Positions 28,253 to 37,242 are shown, counted from the first letter of the stretch. The stretch is DNA of 64,000 nucleotides from Alphaproteobacteria bacterium (GCA_965220745.1 CBDCQT010000005.1:32001-96000), one strand, 5' to 3'. Notes: generated from the sequence alone by a model not told the origin. Made by a program: numbers and translations.

Positions 28253-29554
28253 TCAGGACTCCAATAATTCTACAAGCCGCTCCAGAGCTTCGATACAAAA
28301 GGCAGAGGTCACGGCTTCGGAGCCATGCCCAATTTGTCCTACCGCTCCCCACTTCAATGATTGGTCGCCAAACGCGAGTAGCTCCGGCCAGCTACCGTCC
28401 TCACGTTGCGTACTTGTGAACTCTTCCACCAGGCGTTTCGCGTCGAGCCTTTCAAGGTGTCCGACATTGCATAGCGCCGAGACGGCCTGAGCGGTCTTGA
28501 GGATATTACCATAGCCTCCCTCTTCGTCGCGCAAGTTCAGGATGCGCTCTGCGAGGATCGGGCGCGAGCGTTCGAGGGCGGGCGCCGCGCGGATCATGGC
28601 GCGGGCGATTGCATAACAGATCGCGGCCGTGTCGGGATACCACTTGGAGGAGCCTTCGAGTCTGTCTTCAGCAACCAATTTTTCCAGCCACCGTTGGGCA
28701 TCCCTCGTCTCGGGGCGGTCGCCGAGATAGGCGATGACGTTCGCATTGACGACGGGGTCGGCTTCGATGCGAAAGGGCGCCACGACGTCGGGTTCGCCTG
28801 CCGCCAGCACCCAGGTCGTGAACAGCCCTTTCTCGTCGCGGTTCGCCAATATCGCCGGAACGTTTCGTCCCAGAAGAATCCAGGGATGGGTCCCGATGAC
28901 AAGCGAGCAGAGTGTCGTGCTATCGAGGTCCTGAGGCAGATGGCGGTAGTAGCGCCACAGCCCCGGATACTCGATGGCATCGGCGAGATACGCCCTTGTG
29001 GCGGTGCAAATGGCCTTGGCCCGCGCGTCGCCGCAACGTTCCAGGGCAAGCACGCAGAGGCCGGAAACGAAGGCAGGTCTTTCGAAATGCCGGGGTATAT
29101 CCGGGTCGGCGATGTTGAACCGGATGCAGTGCCAGGCGCCGTTTTCGTCAATTGCGGTTTCCAGGAAATCGAGACCGCGGCGGATGCTCTCTCTGCCCGC
29201 TCTTGCAAGTGCCGCGGAGGTAGCAGCGTCCTCTCGGGTTTCCGCCTGTTCAGGGGCGGGGGGGCGACGCAGCGGCGCGGGGTCGTAGAGCGTCTTGCGA
29301 AGGAACGCGAGCGATGCTGCGCCGGTTCTTGCCGCCTCCCGTTCTTCCTCACTGAGTTTGCTGCGCGGTGGAAGCACCAGATGTATCGCGGTATCGGTTT
29401 CTTCGTGCACGTGAATCTCATGATCCTCGGCCAGAGTTATGCCGAGTTCCCTTTCGATAGTTTCCTTGGGCTTTACGAGAAGACGCGCGCGAAAATCGGC
29501 ATCTTCTCCAGCCCTTGATAGGAGGAGTGCTTCCGCGTCAATAGGTTTCCTCAC
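28253..29554 (-). CDS. NHLP leader domain fused to a class II terpene cyclase/prenyltransferase-repeat (alpha6/alpha6) domain
   Basis: Residues 1-78 align without gaps to the precursor leader; then DENGAW, DLDST, DPVVNAN, QREDGSW and GSEAVTSA. GGAGG RBS. Confidence 0.75.
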   Translation of the reverse strand: MRKPIDAEALLLSRAGEDADFRARLLVKPKETIERELGITLAEDHEIHVHEETDTAIHLVLPPRSKLSEEEREAARTGAASLAFLRKTLYDPAPLRRPPAPEQAETREDAATSAALARAGRESIRRGLDFLETAIDENGAWHCIRFNIADPDIPRHFERPAFVSGLCVLALERCGDARAKAICTATRAYLADAIEYPGLWRYYRHLPQDLDSTTLCSLVIGTHPWILLGRNVPAILANRDEKGLFTTWVLAAGEPDVVAPFRIEADPVVNANVIAYLGDRPETRDAQRWLEKLVAEDRLEGSSKWYPDTAAICYAIARAMIRAAPALERSRPILAERILNLRDEEGGYGNILKTAQAVSALCNVGHLERLDAKRLVEEFTSTQREDGSWPELLAFGDQSLKWGAVGQIGHGSEAVTSAFCIEALERLVELLES

Positions 29555-29964
29555 TAATCTCCTCCATCTTCACGGGTTCCGGTCGAGCGTGAATTCTCGG
29601 CAGTAAAATCCATGCAAGCGCGCGAATTATAGCGAACCCGCAATTCTCTCTGTCAAGGGGGTGAGATCGTGTGCCGGGCGCTACGGCCGGCGATCGACCC
29701 CCTGAATTGCAGGAGCCCGTGCCACGATATAGGGCCAGATGTGGCCTCTAAGCCGTTGATACTGCGCCGGTTGTCCTCGCGGTGCGCAAGGAACTCGTGC
29801 TGCCCGCAGTCGAAACTCACTCCCGCTAACGCAATCGAGTCCTCGGATTGTTGGGCCCCTCGCGTTGTGGGAGAGCATCCTGTACGACGGGGCGACTACG
29901 ATGAGGACTGTCGGCCGGCGAAGGGCACGGCGTGCTGGTCGGGCGGCTACTGGAGCCAGACTCG

Positions 29965-31146
29965 CTACACGTCCTCGACCTGCAATCGTTCACGACCAGT
30001 TTCCGATCGGTACACATTGTGAAAATGTTGTAGCGCCGCCTCGTTCCGCCCAAATACGACTTCCGACTGAATCCCACACTCAGCGTTTAACTGAACTTCT
30101 TCCAGCATTGCGTAGTCCTGTTTTTCGACAACATCTCTGAATCTAATCAGTCTGTCCTCATACGACATCCCTTGCTCTTCGAAGTGCTTTTGTATCTTGG
30201 GGTCGATGTACCAGGTATGAATCGTTCGAGATTTCGAAGGTGACCCTCCAAGAGGGAAGATGCGCATCAGATCGACCCCAAATGCGTCCATCATCATGAT
30301 GACGTTGGGGTAAAAGAAATAAACCGTGGATGTTATCTGCTTGTACGGCCAACGGCTTTGGATCGGCATGGACAATCGCATGAGATCGATCTTTCGGTTG
30401 GCGAATACCATGCGGAGGTTCCTTTCGAACCTGTCGAATGTCTGCACGTTCGCGTGCACTTCTTTGGCAGCCGTATCCGGGTGGAGGACGTTCAGATGAT
30501 AAATTTCACCGTAGGAATCGATGCCCAACTTCCAGTTTATCCGCGCATCGATGACTTGCTGGCCAGCATGAGGGTGATCCGATAGCTTCCAGTGAACCAG
30601 GTCGTTCTGAAGTCCAGCCAGGCACTCATCCTCGTCCAGGGGATCGCTTTGAGACGGTCGTACCCACAACGTCCCGTGCATTTCCGCCGAAGGCAGTTCG
30701 ATAAGCCGCAAACCCATACTTGAGACATTCCCGAAATGGCGCCTCTTGTTGACCGCCAACAAGCGGCCATCGATTCCGTAGGTCCATGCGTGGAAAGGAC
30801 ACGTAAAGCGAGTCCCGGAGCCGCGTCCCTCGGGCACCACCAGACTCCCGCGATGCCGACAGACGTTTGCGAACGCGCGAAATCGACCCTCACCATCCCG
30901 AACCATGAGTATTGGGGCACCGGTTGCATTGTCTGACCAATAGGTATTGGCCTTCGGCAGTTGGGACGAGAGACCCATCAGCAACGGTACGTTCCGAAAA
31001 AATGTCTCCTGCTCTTGCGCCAGGAGTTGCGGGCACGTGAATTCGGACATCGGTAGACGCATGATGCCGCCCGCATCGGCGGTCGTGCCGTTGTCGATGT
31101 GCTCGACAAGAGCCTTCAAAATGCCTTCTCGTTCAGAATGGTCCAT
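29965..31146 (-). CDS. Rieske non-heme iron oxygenase alpha subunit
   Basis: CRHRG...CPFHAW, EIYHLNVLHP and the C-terminal QD motif. Confidence 0.9.
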   Translation of the reverse strand: MDHSEREGILKALVEHIDNGTTADAGGIMRLPMSEFTCPQLLAQEQETFFRNVPLLMGLSSQLPKANTYWSDNATGAPILMVRDGEGRFRAFANVCRHRGSLVVPEGRGSGTRFTCPFHAWTYGIDGRLLAVNKRRHFGNVSSMGLRLIELPSAEMHGTLWVRPSQSDPLDEDECLAGLQNDLVHWKLSDHPHAGQQVIDARINWKLGIDSYGEIYHLNVLHPDTAAKEVHANVQTFDRFERNLRMVFANRKIDLMRLSMPIQSRWPYKQITSTVYFFYPNVIMMMDAFGVDLMRIFPLGGSPSKSRTIHTWYIDPKIQKHFEEQGMSYEDRLIRFRDVVEKQDYAMLEEVQLNAECGIQSEVVFGRNEAALQHFHNVYRSETGRERLQVEDV

Positions 31147-31365
31147 AAATCAAGATTCCGTGTGTAGTTCGGCGCGCGGGCTTGACACCGATCGACATTG
31201 TAACCCATTGAGAAAGCTAGCCTCTGAGAGGTCAAGAGTCGACGCTCAACAACAACCGCGCGGGAGCCGGGACTCGAAACCGGCTCTTGCGCATCCGAAG
31301 GGTCCACGCCATTGAGGATCTTCCTGCAACAGGACGGCGTCAGGACCCGACGGACGACCGTTCGG

Positions 31366-31656
31366 CTATCTGCGCCCCGCCCCCTCAACGATGATCCTCC
31401 CGCGGCCCCGTCTGATCAGATAGCCTCCACGCGGGATTGCCAGAGTGCCCCGCTCAGCCAGCGGCCACAGGGTATCGACGATCGTCGCCGCGTTGCCGTC
31501 CACCTTCACCGCAGCCCCGGGCTGTGACGCAAGCCACTCCGCGAAGGCACGCTCCGCGATCTCTTCACCTACTGATTTTCTCAGCGCGTTGAGCTTCCTC
31601 CGCTGCCCCTTGGTCAGTGCGCTCTCGTCTATCCCGCCCGATCGTGTCCGATCCAT
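31366..31656 (-). CDS. Small hypothetical protein
   Basis: GAGGA RBS; a paralogous C-terminus occurs at 38861-38953. Confidence 0.65.
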   Translation of the reverse strand: MDRTRSGGIDESALTKGQRRKLNALRKSVGEEIAERAFAEWLASQPGAAVKVDGNAATIVDTLWPLAERGTLAIPRGGYLIRRGRGRIIVEGAGRR

Positions 31657-31722
31657 TGTCCTCTTCCCGTCAGCCGACTCGAAGCTGCAGGCAATTGCAC
31701 AGCGACGCCCGTGCTGGCCGGC

Positions 31723-32034
31723 CTACGCCTCTTCACCGCTGCCGGCCATCCCAGTGGCGATCCGCTTCCTAAGGAGCTGCGAGGCCCGGAACACCACGAC
31801 CCGCCGTGGCAAGATCGGCGCCGGCTCTCCTGTCTTCGGATTGCGGCCCACACGCAAGCCCTTGTCGCGCAAGGTGAAGCGCCCGAACGACGATACCTTC
31901 ACATCCTCTCCGGCCTCGAGCCGCTCTGCGATCGCCTCGATGACCGTATCCACCAACTCCGCCGCGTCGCGGCGTGAAAGTCCGATCTCCCTGTGAACGG
32001 CGTCTGTCAGATCGGCTCTCGTCACCGTTGGCAT
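31723..32034 (-). CDS. ihfA: Integration host factor alpha subunit (island copy)
   Basis: TVTRADL...GEDVKVSSFGRF...GRNPKTGE...RRVVVFRAS. Confidence 0.88.
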   Translation of the reverse strand: MPTVTRADLTDAVHREIGLSRRDAAELVDTVIEAIAERLEAGEDVKVSSFGRFTLRDKGLRVGRNPKTGEPAPILPRRVVVFRASQLLRKRIATGMAGSGEEA

Positions 32035-32181
32035 GGCCCACCGCCCCTTCGGCTTCGCCGCAGCGTAGCCGGGCTGGGAAGTGGATCAAAGCGCAGGGAT
32101 GTCGCACCTGTCGGCTGGGATGCTGACACCATCGCGGCAGGATCGACGCCTGTACTTACGCTCGTATCCTCCTCACTGGAC

Positions 32182-32273
32182 TGTTGATCGGTGCGTAGAT
32201 TGGACGCCGATCGGCGTGCTAACTCGTTGATTTAGTGTGACCACGTAGGGTCAGATTTGGGCGCCGAACAACA
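32182..32273. mobile_element. 92-bp MITE-like element with IS21-type ends
   Basis: TGTTGATCGG...CCGAACAACA with imperfect 26-bp inverted repeats and an internal IHF consensus. Confidence 0.55.
32220..32232 (-). promoter_or_regulatory. IHF binding consensus
   Basis: The minus strand reads AATCAACGAGTTA, an exact match to WATCAANNNNTTR. Confidence 0.55.
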
Positions 32274-32275
32274 AC

Positions 32276-32629
32276 ATGACATATGCCCGCTTCACCGGCG
32301 AGATCGTCACTTTGAAATGGCGATTCTATCGCGAGGGCAAACTGTTCCTGCCCGATAGCAAGACCGGACCGCGCACGGTCTGGCTGTCGTCTGCCGCCCG
32401 CGCCATCCTCGACGGCCTGCCTCGCAAAACAACCTGGGTCTTCCCTTCACCTCTGACGGACGGCCATCTGAGCGCAACGGCGGTGGACCCGGTCTGGAAT
32501 CGCTCAAGAGTAGAAGCGGACCTGCGCGATGTCCGCCTTCACGATCTGCGACACACGTTCGCTAGCCATGCCGTCTTGCAAGGCATCCCGCTGCCGGTCG
32601 TCTCCCGACTGCTTGGCCACAAGCACCCG
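32276..32629 (+). pseudogene. Tyrosine integrase catalytic-domain fragment
   Basis: DSKTG, HDLRHTFAS and LLGH; cut by the IS before the catalytic Tyr. Confidence 0.85.
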
Positions 32630-33047
32630 TGATCCTCCCCCATCGAGTTGGTCCACCCTTAGGTTATGGAAAGAGGAGGACCGAGGATGGCCAGGAAACG
32701 TTACAAGCCGGAGGAGATTGTGAGCCTGCTGCGGCAGGCAGAAGTCCTGCACGGCCAGGGCATGTCGATGGCGGACGCGATCCGGCAACTCGGGATCAGC
32801 GAAGTTACCTTCTACAGGTGGCGCAAGGAGTACGCCGGGATGAGCGGCGATCAGCTTCGCCGTTTGAAGGAGCTCGAGAAGGAGAACGAGCGGCTGCGCC
32901 GTGCGGTCTCTGACCTGACGCTGGACAAGCAGATCCTGAAAGAGGCCGCGGGGGGAAACTTCTAAGCCCCTCGCGCCGGCGCCAGTGCATCGATCATGTC
33001 TGCGACCGGCTCGGGATTTCGGAGCGCCGGGCTTGCCGGGTGCTGGG
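32630..33047 (+). mobile_element. IS3-family partial copy B (left end, orfA 32687-32965; diverged variant)
   Basis: Starts TGATCCTCCCCCATCG; intact orfA; orfB lost. Confidence 0.88.
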
Positions 33048-33499
33048 TCGCGGCCGCGCGGGAGCTGGGTCGAGCTGCTGCCCCAGCACCCGGCAAGCGC
33101 GGCGTTCCGAGACCCCGAGCCGGTCACAGACATGATCGATGCACTGGCGCCGGCGCGAGGGGCTTAGAAGTTTCCCCCTGCGGCCTCTTTGAGAATCTGC
33201 TTGTCCAGCGTCAGATCGGAGACCGCACGGCGCAGCCGCTCGTTCTCCTTCTCGAGCTCCTTCAAACGGCGGAGCTGATCGCCGCTCATCCCGGCATACT
33301 CCTTGCGCCAGCGGTAGAAGGTAACCTCGCTGATCCCAAGCTCGCGGATCGCGTCCGCCATCGACATGCCCTGGCCGTTCAGAACCTCAGCCCGCCGCAG
33401 CAGGCTCACGATCTCCTCGGGCTTGTAACGCTTCCTTGCCATCGTCGGTCCTCCTCTTTCCATAACCTAAGGGTGGACCAACTCGATGGGGGAGGATCA
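33047..33499 (-). mobile_element. IS3-family partial copy C (left end, orfA 33164-33442)
   Basis: Matches copies A/D; small deletions near the junction with copy B. Confidence 0.88.
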
Positions 33500-33536
33500 T
33501 GAGGGAAACGTCGATCTGTGCGCCAGACGACCAGTT

Positions 33537-34793
33537 CTACGCTGCGGCCGCGGTATCTGCGATGCCTGTCATCAGCGCCTCGATCCGATCGGCGATCTTC
33601 TGCGCGGGCTCGCGAAGCTGGGCGATGGTCCAGTCGGCGGCATATCCCTGGGTGACGTCGTTGGGCCGGGCGTGGTTGACCAGCCGCTTGGTGAGCGAGG
33701 GGGGCAGCATCAGCTCGCGCTCGGCGACGGTGATGAAGCTGTTGCGCAGGCCGTGGAACCAGAACTTGGCACCGCCGGCCTTGCCGATGCGGTCGTAGAG
33801 ATGATGCGGATCCTGGACATGGCCAGTGGCGCTGGTCGGCGACGGGAACACCCAATCGCGGACGCCTTCGGGAAGATCCACGGCGGCGGTCTGGCGACGC
33901 TCAAGAATTGAGGCGAGCTGATCGGTGATGGGGAGCTCCAGGGGCACGCCGGTCTTGGTCTCCTCGACCCGGAAGGTGAGCGCGTCCATGTCGACCCGCT
34001 CCCAGCGGAGCGTCAGCACCTCGTCCCGGCGCATGCCGGTGTAGAGCCCGAACCAGAGAGCGTCGCGGATCGCCGGGTTGTTGACTTCGGCCTCGATCCC
34101 GGCGCGCCAGCAGGGCAGCACCTCGGACGGTGCCGAAATCTTGCGCCGCGCCTTGCGGTGGAACTTGCCGCCGCCGGCGAGCCAGAGATCGACCGGGTTG
34201 CGCAGCCCGTCATGGTCGACGCAGGGTCGGCGGTAGATCGAGCGCAGCAGCGACATCGCCCGGTTGGCGGCCGACCAGCCATGATCGGCGGTGATGCCGT
34301 TGAACCGGGCCTCGACGTCGGCACGGCCGATGGCGTCGAGCGGGCGGGGGAGCCAGTCGCCGAGATACCGGTTGGCCTCGTAGCGGTAGAGCTCGTTGGT
34401 CCGCTTCGAGCGGTCGGGGTTTGCGGCCATGTATTGCTCGAAGGTATCGCCGAGCGTGGGCATCCCCCGGGCCTCGGCGCGCTCTCCTGCCGGATCGTCG
34501 CCGCCGGCAACCTTGCCGAGAAGCTCCTGCGCCTTCCGCCGCGCCTGGTCGGCGGTGACCGGGCCGTAGCGGCCGATCACCACCCGCTTGTTGGGCGCCT
34601 TCCTGCCGCCGTCGCCGCTCCGGTAGTTGACGATGAAGGCCTTGGTCCCGGAGGGATGGATGCGGACCCCGAAACCCGTGAGCTTCGCGTCCCACGCGAT
34701 CCACGACTTCTCGCCCGGCTTCAGGGCATCGACGGTCCGCTTGGTGAGGTTCGCGCGCACCCTCGCGGTGCGTTTTCCGGTGCTGGTGTCCAT
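33537..34793 (-). CDS. Tyrosine integrase of the island
   Basis: WDAKLTGFGVRI arm domain; TGMRRDE, ETKTG, HGLR, VNH and TQGY. Confidence 0.92.
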   Translation of the reverse strand: MDTSTGKRTARVRANLTKRTVDALKPGEKSWIAWDAKLTGFGVRIHPSGTKAFIVNYRSGDGGRKAPNKRVVIGRYGPVTADQARRKAQELLGKVAGGDDPAGERAEARGMPTLGDTFEQYMAANPDRSKRTNELYRYEANRYLGDWLPRPLDAIGRADVEARFNGITADHGWSAANRAMSLLRSIYRRPCVDHDGLRNPVDLWLAGGGKFHRKARRKISAPSEVLPCWRAGIEAEVNNPAIRDALWFGLYTGMRRDEVLTLRWERVDMDALTFRVEETKTGVPLELPITDQLASILERRQTAAVDLPEGVRDWVFPSPTSATGHVQDPHHLYDRIGKAGGAKFWFHGLRNSFITVAERELMLPPSLTKRLVNHARPNDVTQGYAADWTIAQLREPAQKIADRIEALMTGIADTAAAA

Positions 34794-34823
34794 GGGAGGA
34801 CATTAGCGACCGTCAGGTTTACA

Positions 34824-34843
34824 GTCAACACCACGGTCAACAC
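34824..34843 (+). repeat. GTCAACAC x2, putative arm-type sites (right end)
   Basis: Copies at 34824 and 34836. Confidence 0.6.
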
Positions 34844-34986
34844 CAGAAAAGAACTCGGTGGCCGCGCTTGGACGCGCGTGGCCCTTTTGAGGGCTCGAAG
34901 ACCCTATACTAACCCATTGAATAATGGCTATTTAGGACGCTCTACTGTCCAGTCTGGCCGCGTGTGGCCGCAATATCAACGGGAGT

Positions 34987-35031
34987 CTCATAACCTGAAG
35001 GTCGAAGGTTCAAATCCTGCCCCCGCAACCA
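34987..35031 (+). repeat. 3' half of tRNA-Met(CAT), att site (right boundary)
   Basis: 44/45 identical to 3537-3581; followed by an imperfect hairpin at 35034-35070. Confidence 0.9.
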
Positions 35032-35149
35032 AAGAAAATGCCTCTAAGACAATATCTTAGCGGAATTTTCATTTTCAGACGACTCTTCCAAGACGGGCTT
35101 CGGAATGTCCTCGGAACGGAATCTGGAAATTCGAGGCGCCAACTTCCAG

Positions 35150-35178
35150 TTGACGTCTGTACGGCAATACCGTACATT
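35150..35178 (+). promoter_or_regulatory. Sigma70 promoter with overlapping operator for higBA
   Basis: TTGACG-17 bp-TACATT; palindrome TGTACGG-caata-CCGTACA at 35158-35176. Confidence 0.7.
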
Positions 35179-35184
35179 CCTGGC

Positions 35185-35469
35185 ATGGAGATTCGAAGCA
35201 TACGCCACAGGGGGCTAAGGTGGCTTGTTGAAGATGACGACACCAGGGGAATCCGGCCCGACTTGATCGTGAGGATACGGAGCATCCTGGCCTCCCTCAT
35301 CAGCGCGGCTGACATGGACGGTGTTGAGGGACCGCCGGGCTGGCGCATCCATCGGTTGTCCGGCGACCGGGCCGGAACCTGGAGCATCAGCGCCTCTGGC
35401 AACTGGCGGATCACCTTCGATATTGAGGATGGGGCAATCGCTAACCTGAATCTGGAGGACTACCACTGA
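35185..35469 (+). CDS. higB: HigB toxin (RelE/ParE superfamily)
   Basis: IRSIRHRGL...PGWRIHRLSGDRAGTWS...GNWRITF...EDYH. Confidence 0.88.
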   Translation: MEIRSIRHRGLRWLVEDDDTRGIRPDLIVRIRSILASLISAADMDGVEGPPGWRIHRLSGDRAGTWSISASGNWRITFDIEDGAIANLNLEDYH

Positions 35470-35531
35470 CGGGCAACCACTTGTCTCACCCATGACACGG
35501 GCCACGATCAGGATATGAAGGACTGTCACCG

Positions 35532-35837
35532 ATGAGCGATGAACAAATAAGGATCGGCATGACGCCGCCGCACCCTGGTAGCTTCATCCGCACTGAAATA
35601 CTGGATGAGCTGGGTCTCTCGGTGTCTCGCGCCGCCGACATACTCGGTGTACGCCGCGCAACGCTGTCGGATCTCGTCAACGAGAAGGCGGGTCTGTCGC
35701 CGGAAATGGCGCTCAGGATCGAGAAGGCCTTCGGCGTGTCCATGGACATGCTGTTGCGCATGGGAGCGTGGTACGACAGTCATGCGATGCGCCGCCGTGC
35801 CGACGAGATCAACGTCAAACGCTATCAATCTGCCTAG
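35532..35837 (+). CDS. higA: HigA antitoxin (XRE HTH)
   Basis: PPHPG...LSPEMALRIEKAFG. Confidence 0.9.
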   Translation: MSDEQIRIGMTPPHPGSFIRTEILDELGLSVSRAADILGVRRATLSDLVNEKAGLSPEMALRIEKAFGVSMDMLLRMGAWYDSHAMRRRADEINVKRYQSA

Positions 35838-36013
35838 AAACTGAAGACAGCCCTGGGTAGCGTTCCGAAAGAATTGTTGATGAGTGCCCTGACTCTCTCA
35901 TATATGCATTTCAGGCATTTTATCCATAAGACTAACGCATAGTGAATCGCTGCATGTCTCAGCCGAGAACGGAGACGGGTGACCTGCCCCCGTCGACTGG
36001 TCCAGGTCGAATG

Positions 36014-36832
36014 TTAGTGCATCGCGGGTTCCTCGGCCAAGCTGGGTGGCCGGCGGAGCGTAGCGGAGCCGGGCGGCCAGCTTGGCATGATGATCGTCTC
36101 CGGGGCCGGCGGCCGGTATCCCAGGCTGCCGTGTGGGCGGATCGCGTTGTAATGGCACCGCCACGATTCGATGAGAACCTGGGCTTCCTTCAGGGTGTAG
36201 AAGATCTCCCCGTTCAGGAGCTCGTCGCGCAGCCGCGCATTGAAGCTCTCGATGTAGCCGTTCTCCCAGGGTGAGCCCGGCTCGATGAAGGCGGTGCGGG
36301 CGCTGACCGCAGCGATCCACCGCCTGACGGCCTCGGCGACGAACTCCGGACCGTTGTCGGAACGGATCCAGGTCGGAATGCCGCGCAGGATGAACAGGTC
36401 GGTCAGCACATCGATGACGTCGATCGAGGAAAGCCTCCTGCGCACCCGGATGACCAGGCTCTCGCGGGTGAACTCGTCCAGGACGTTGAGCATGCGGAAG
36501 GCCCTGCCGTCATACGTCCGGTGATGGACGAAGTCGTAGGACCAGACGTGATCCGCCCTCTCGGCGCGCAGCCGGATGCAGGAGCCGTCATTGAGCCAAA
36601 GCCGGCCCCGCTTCGGTTGCTTGCCGGGCACCTTCAGCCCCTCGCGCCGCCACAAGCGCTCGATCCGCTTGTCGTTGACCTGCCAGCCGGCATCGCGAAG
36701 CAGGGCCGCGATGCGGCGATAGCCGTAACGGCCGTACTGGCGGGCCAGCTCGATCATGTACGCGACCAGGCGGTCCTCGTCGTCGCGGCCGCGCGGGATG
36801 CGGCGCTGGGTCGAGCGGTGCTGCCCCAGCAC
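36014..36832 (-). CDS. IS3 transposase OrfB
   Basis: Same translation as 8547-9365. Confidence 0.92.
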   Translation of the reverse strand: MLGQHRSTQRRIPRGRDDEDRLVAYMIELARQYGRYGYRRIAALLRDAGWQVNDKRIERLWRREGLKVPGKQPKRGRLWLNDGSCIRLRAERADHVWSYDFVHHRTYDGRAFRMLNVLDEFTRESLVIRVRRRLSSIDVIDVLTDLFILRGIPTWIRSDNGPEFVAEAVRRWIAAVSARTAFIEPGSPWENGYIESFNARLRDELLNGEIFYTLKEAQVLIESWRCHYNAIRPHGSLGYRPPAPETIIMPSWPPGSATLRRPPSLAEEPAMH

Positions 36833-36906
36833 CCGGCAAGCGCGGCGTTCCGAGACCCCGAGCCGGTCACAGACATGATCGATGCACTGGCGCCGGCGCG
36901 AGGGGC

Positions 36907-37185
36907 TTAGAAGTTTCCCCCTGCGGCCTCTTTGAGAATCTGCTTGTCCAGCGTCAGATCGGAGACCGCACGGCGCAGCCGCTCGTTCTCCTTCTCGAGC
37001 TCCTTCAAACGGCGGAGCTGATCGCCGCTCATCCCGGCATACTCCTTGCGCCAGCGGTAGAAGGTAACCTCGCTGATCCCAAGCTCGCGGATCGCGTCCG
37101 CCATCGACATGCCCTGGCCGTTCAGAACCTCAGCCCGCCGCAGCAGGCTCACGATCTCCTCGGGCTTGTAACGCTTCCTTGCCAT
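36907..37185 (-). CDS. IS3 transposase OrfA
   Basis: Same translation as 9440-9718. Confidence 0.92.
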   Translation of the reverse strand: MARKRYKPEEIVSLLRRAEVLNGQGMSMADAIRELGISEVTFYRWRKEYAGMSGDQLRRLKELEKENERLRRAVSDLTLDKQILKEAAGGNF

Positions 37186-37242
37186 CGTCGGTCCTCCTCT
37201 TTCCATAACCTAAGGGTGGACCAACTCGATGGGGGAGGATCA

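Larger units (their letters stand above)
3582..35031. mobile_element. ~31.4-kb genomic island integrated at tRNA-Met, carrying the RiPP cluster
   Basis: Bounded by 45-bp direct repeats of the tRNA 3' end; integrase at 33537-34793 next to the right repeat; GTCAACAC pairs near both ends; relaxase/coupling-protein remnants inside. Confidence 0.8.
35980..37242 (-). mobile_element. IS3-family element, complete copy D, 1263 bp
   Basis: Essentially identical to 8513-9775. Confidence 0.93.

Noticed and set aside
32626-35979. CCCG/CGGG flanks of IS copies B and D as a target duplication marking an inversion
   Set aside because: A 4-bp GC match is likely by chance, the integrase fragment does not continue on the other side, and the att and arm repeats inside remain in direct orientation.
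8513-37242. Composite transposon formed by IS copies A and D
   Set aside because: No target duplication at the outer ends, and the span crosses the right att site.
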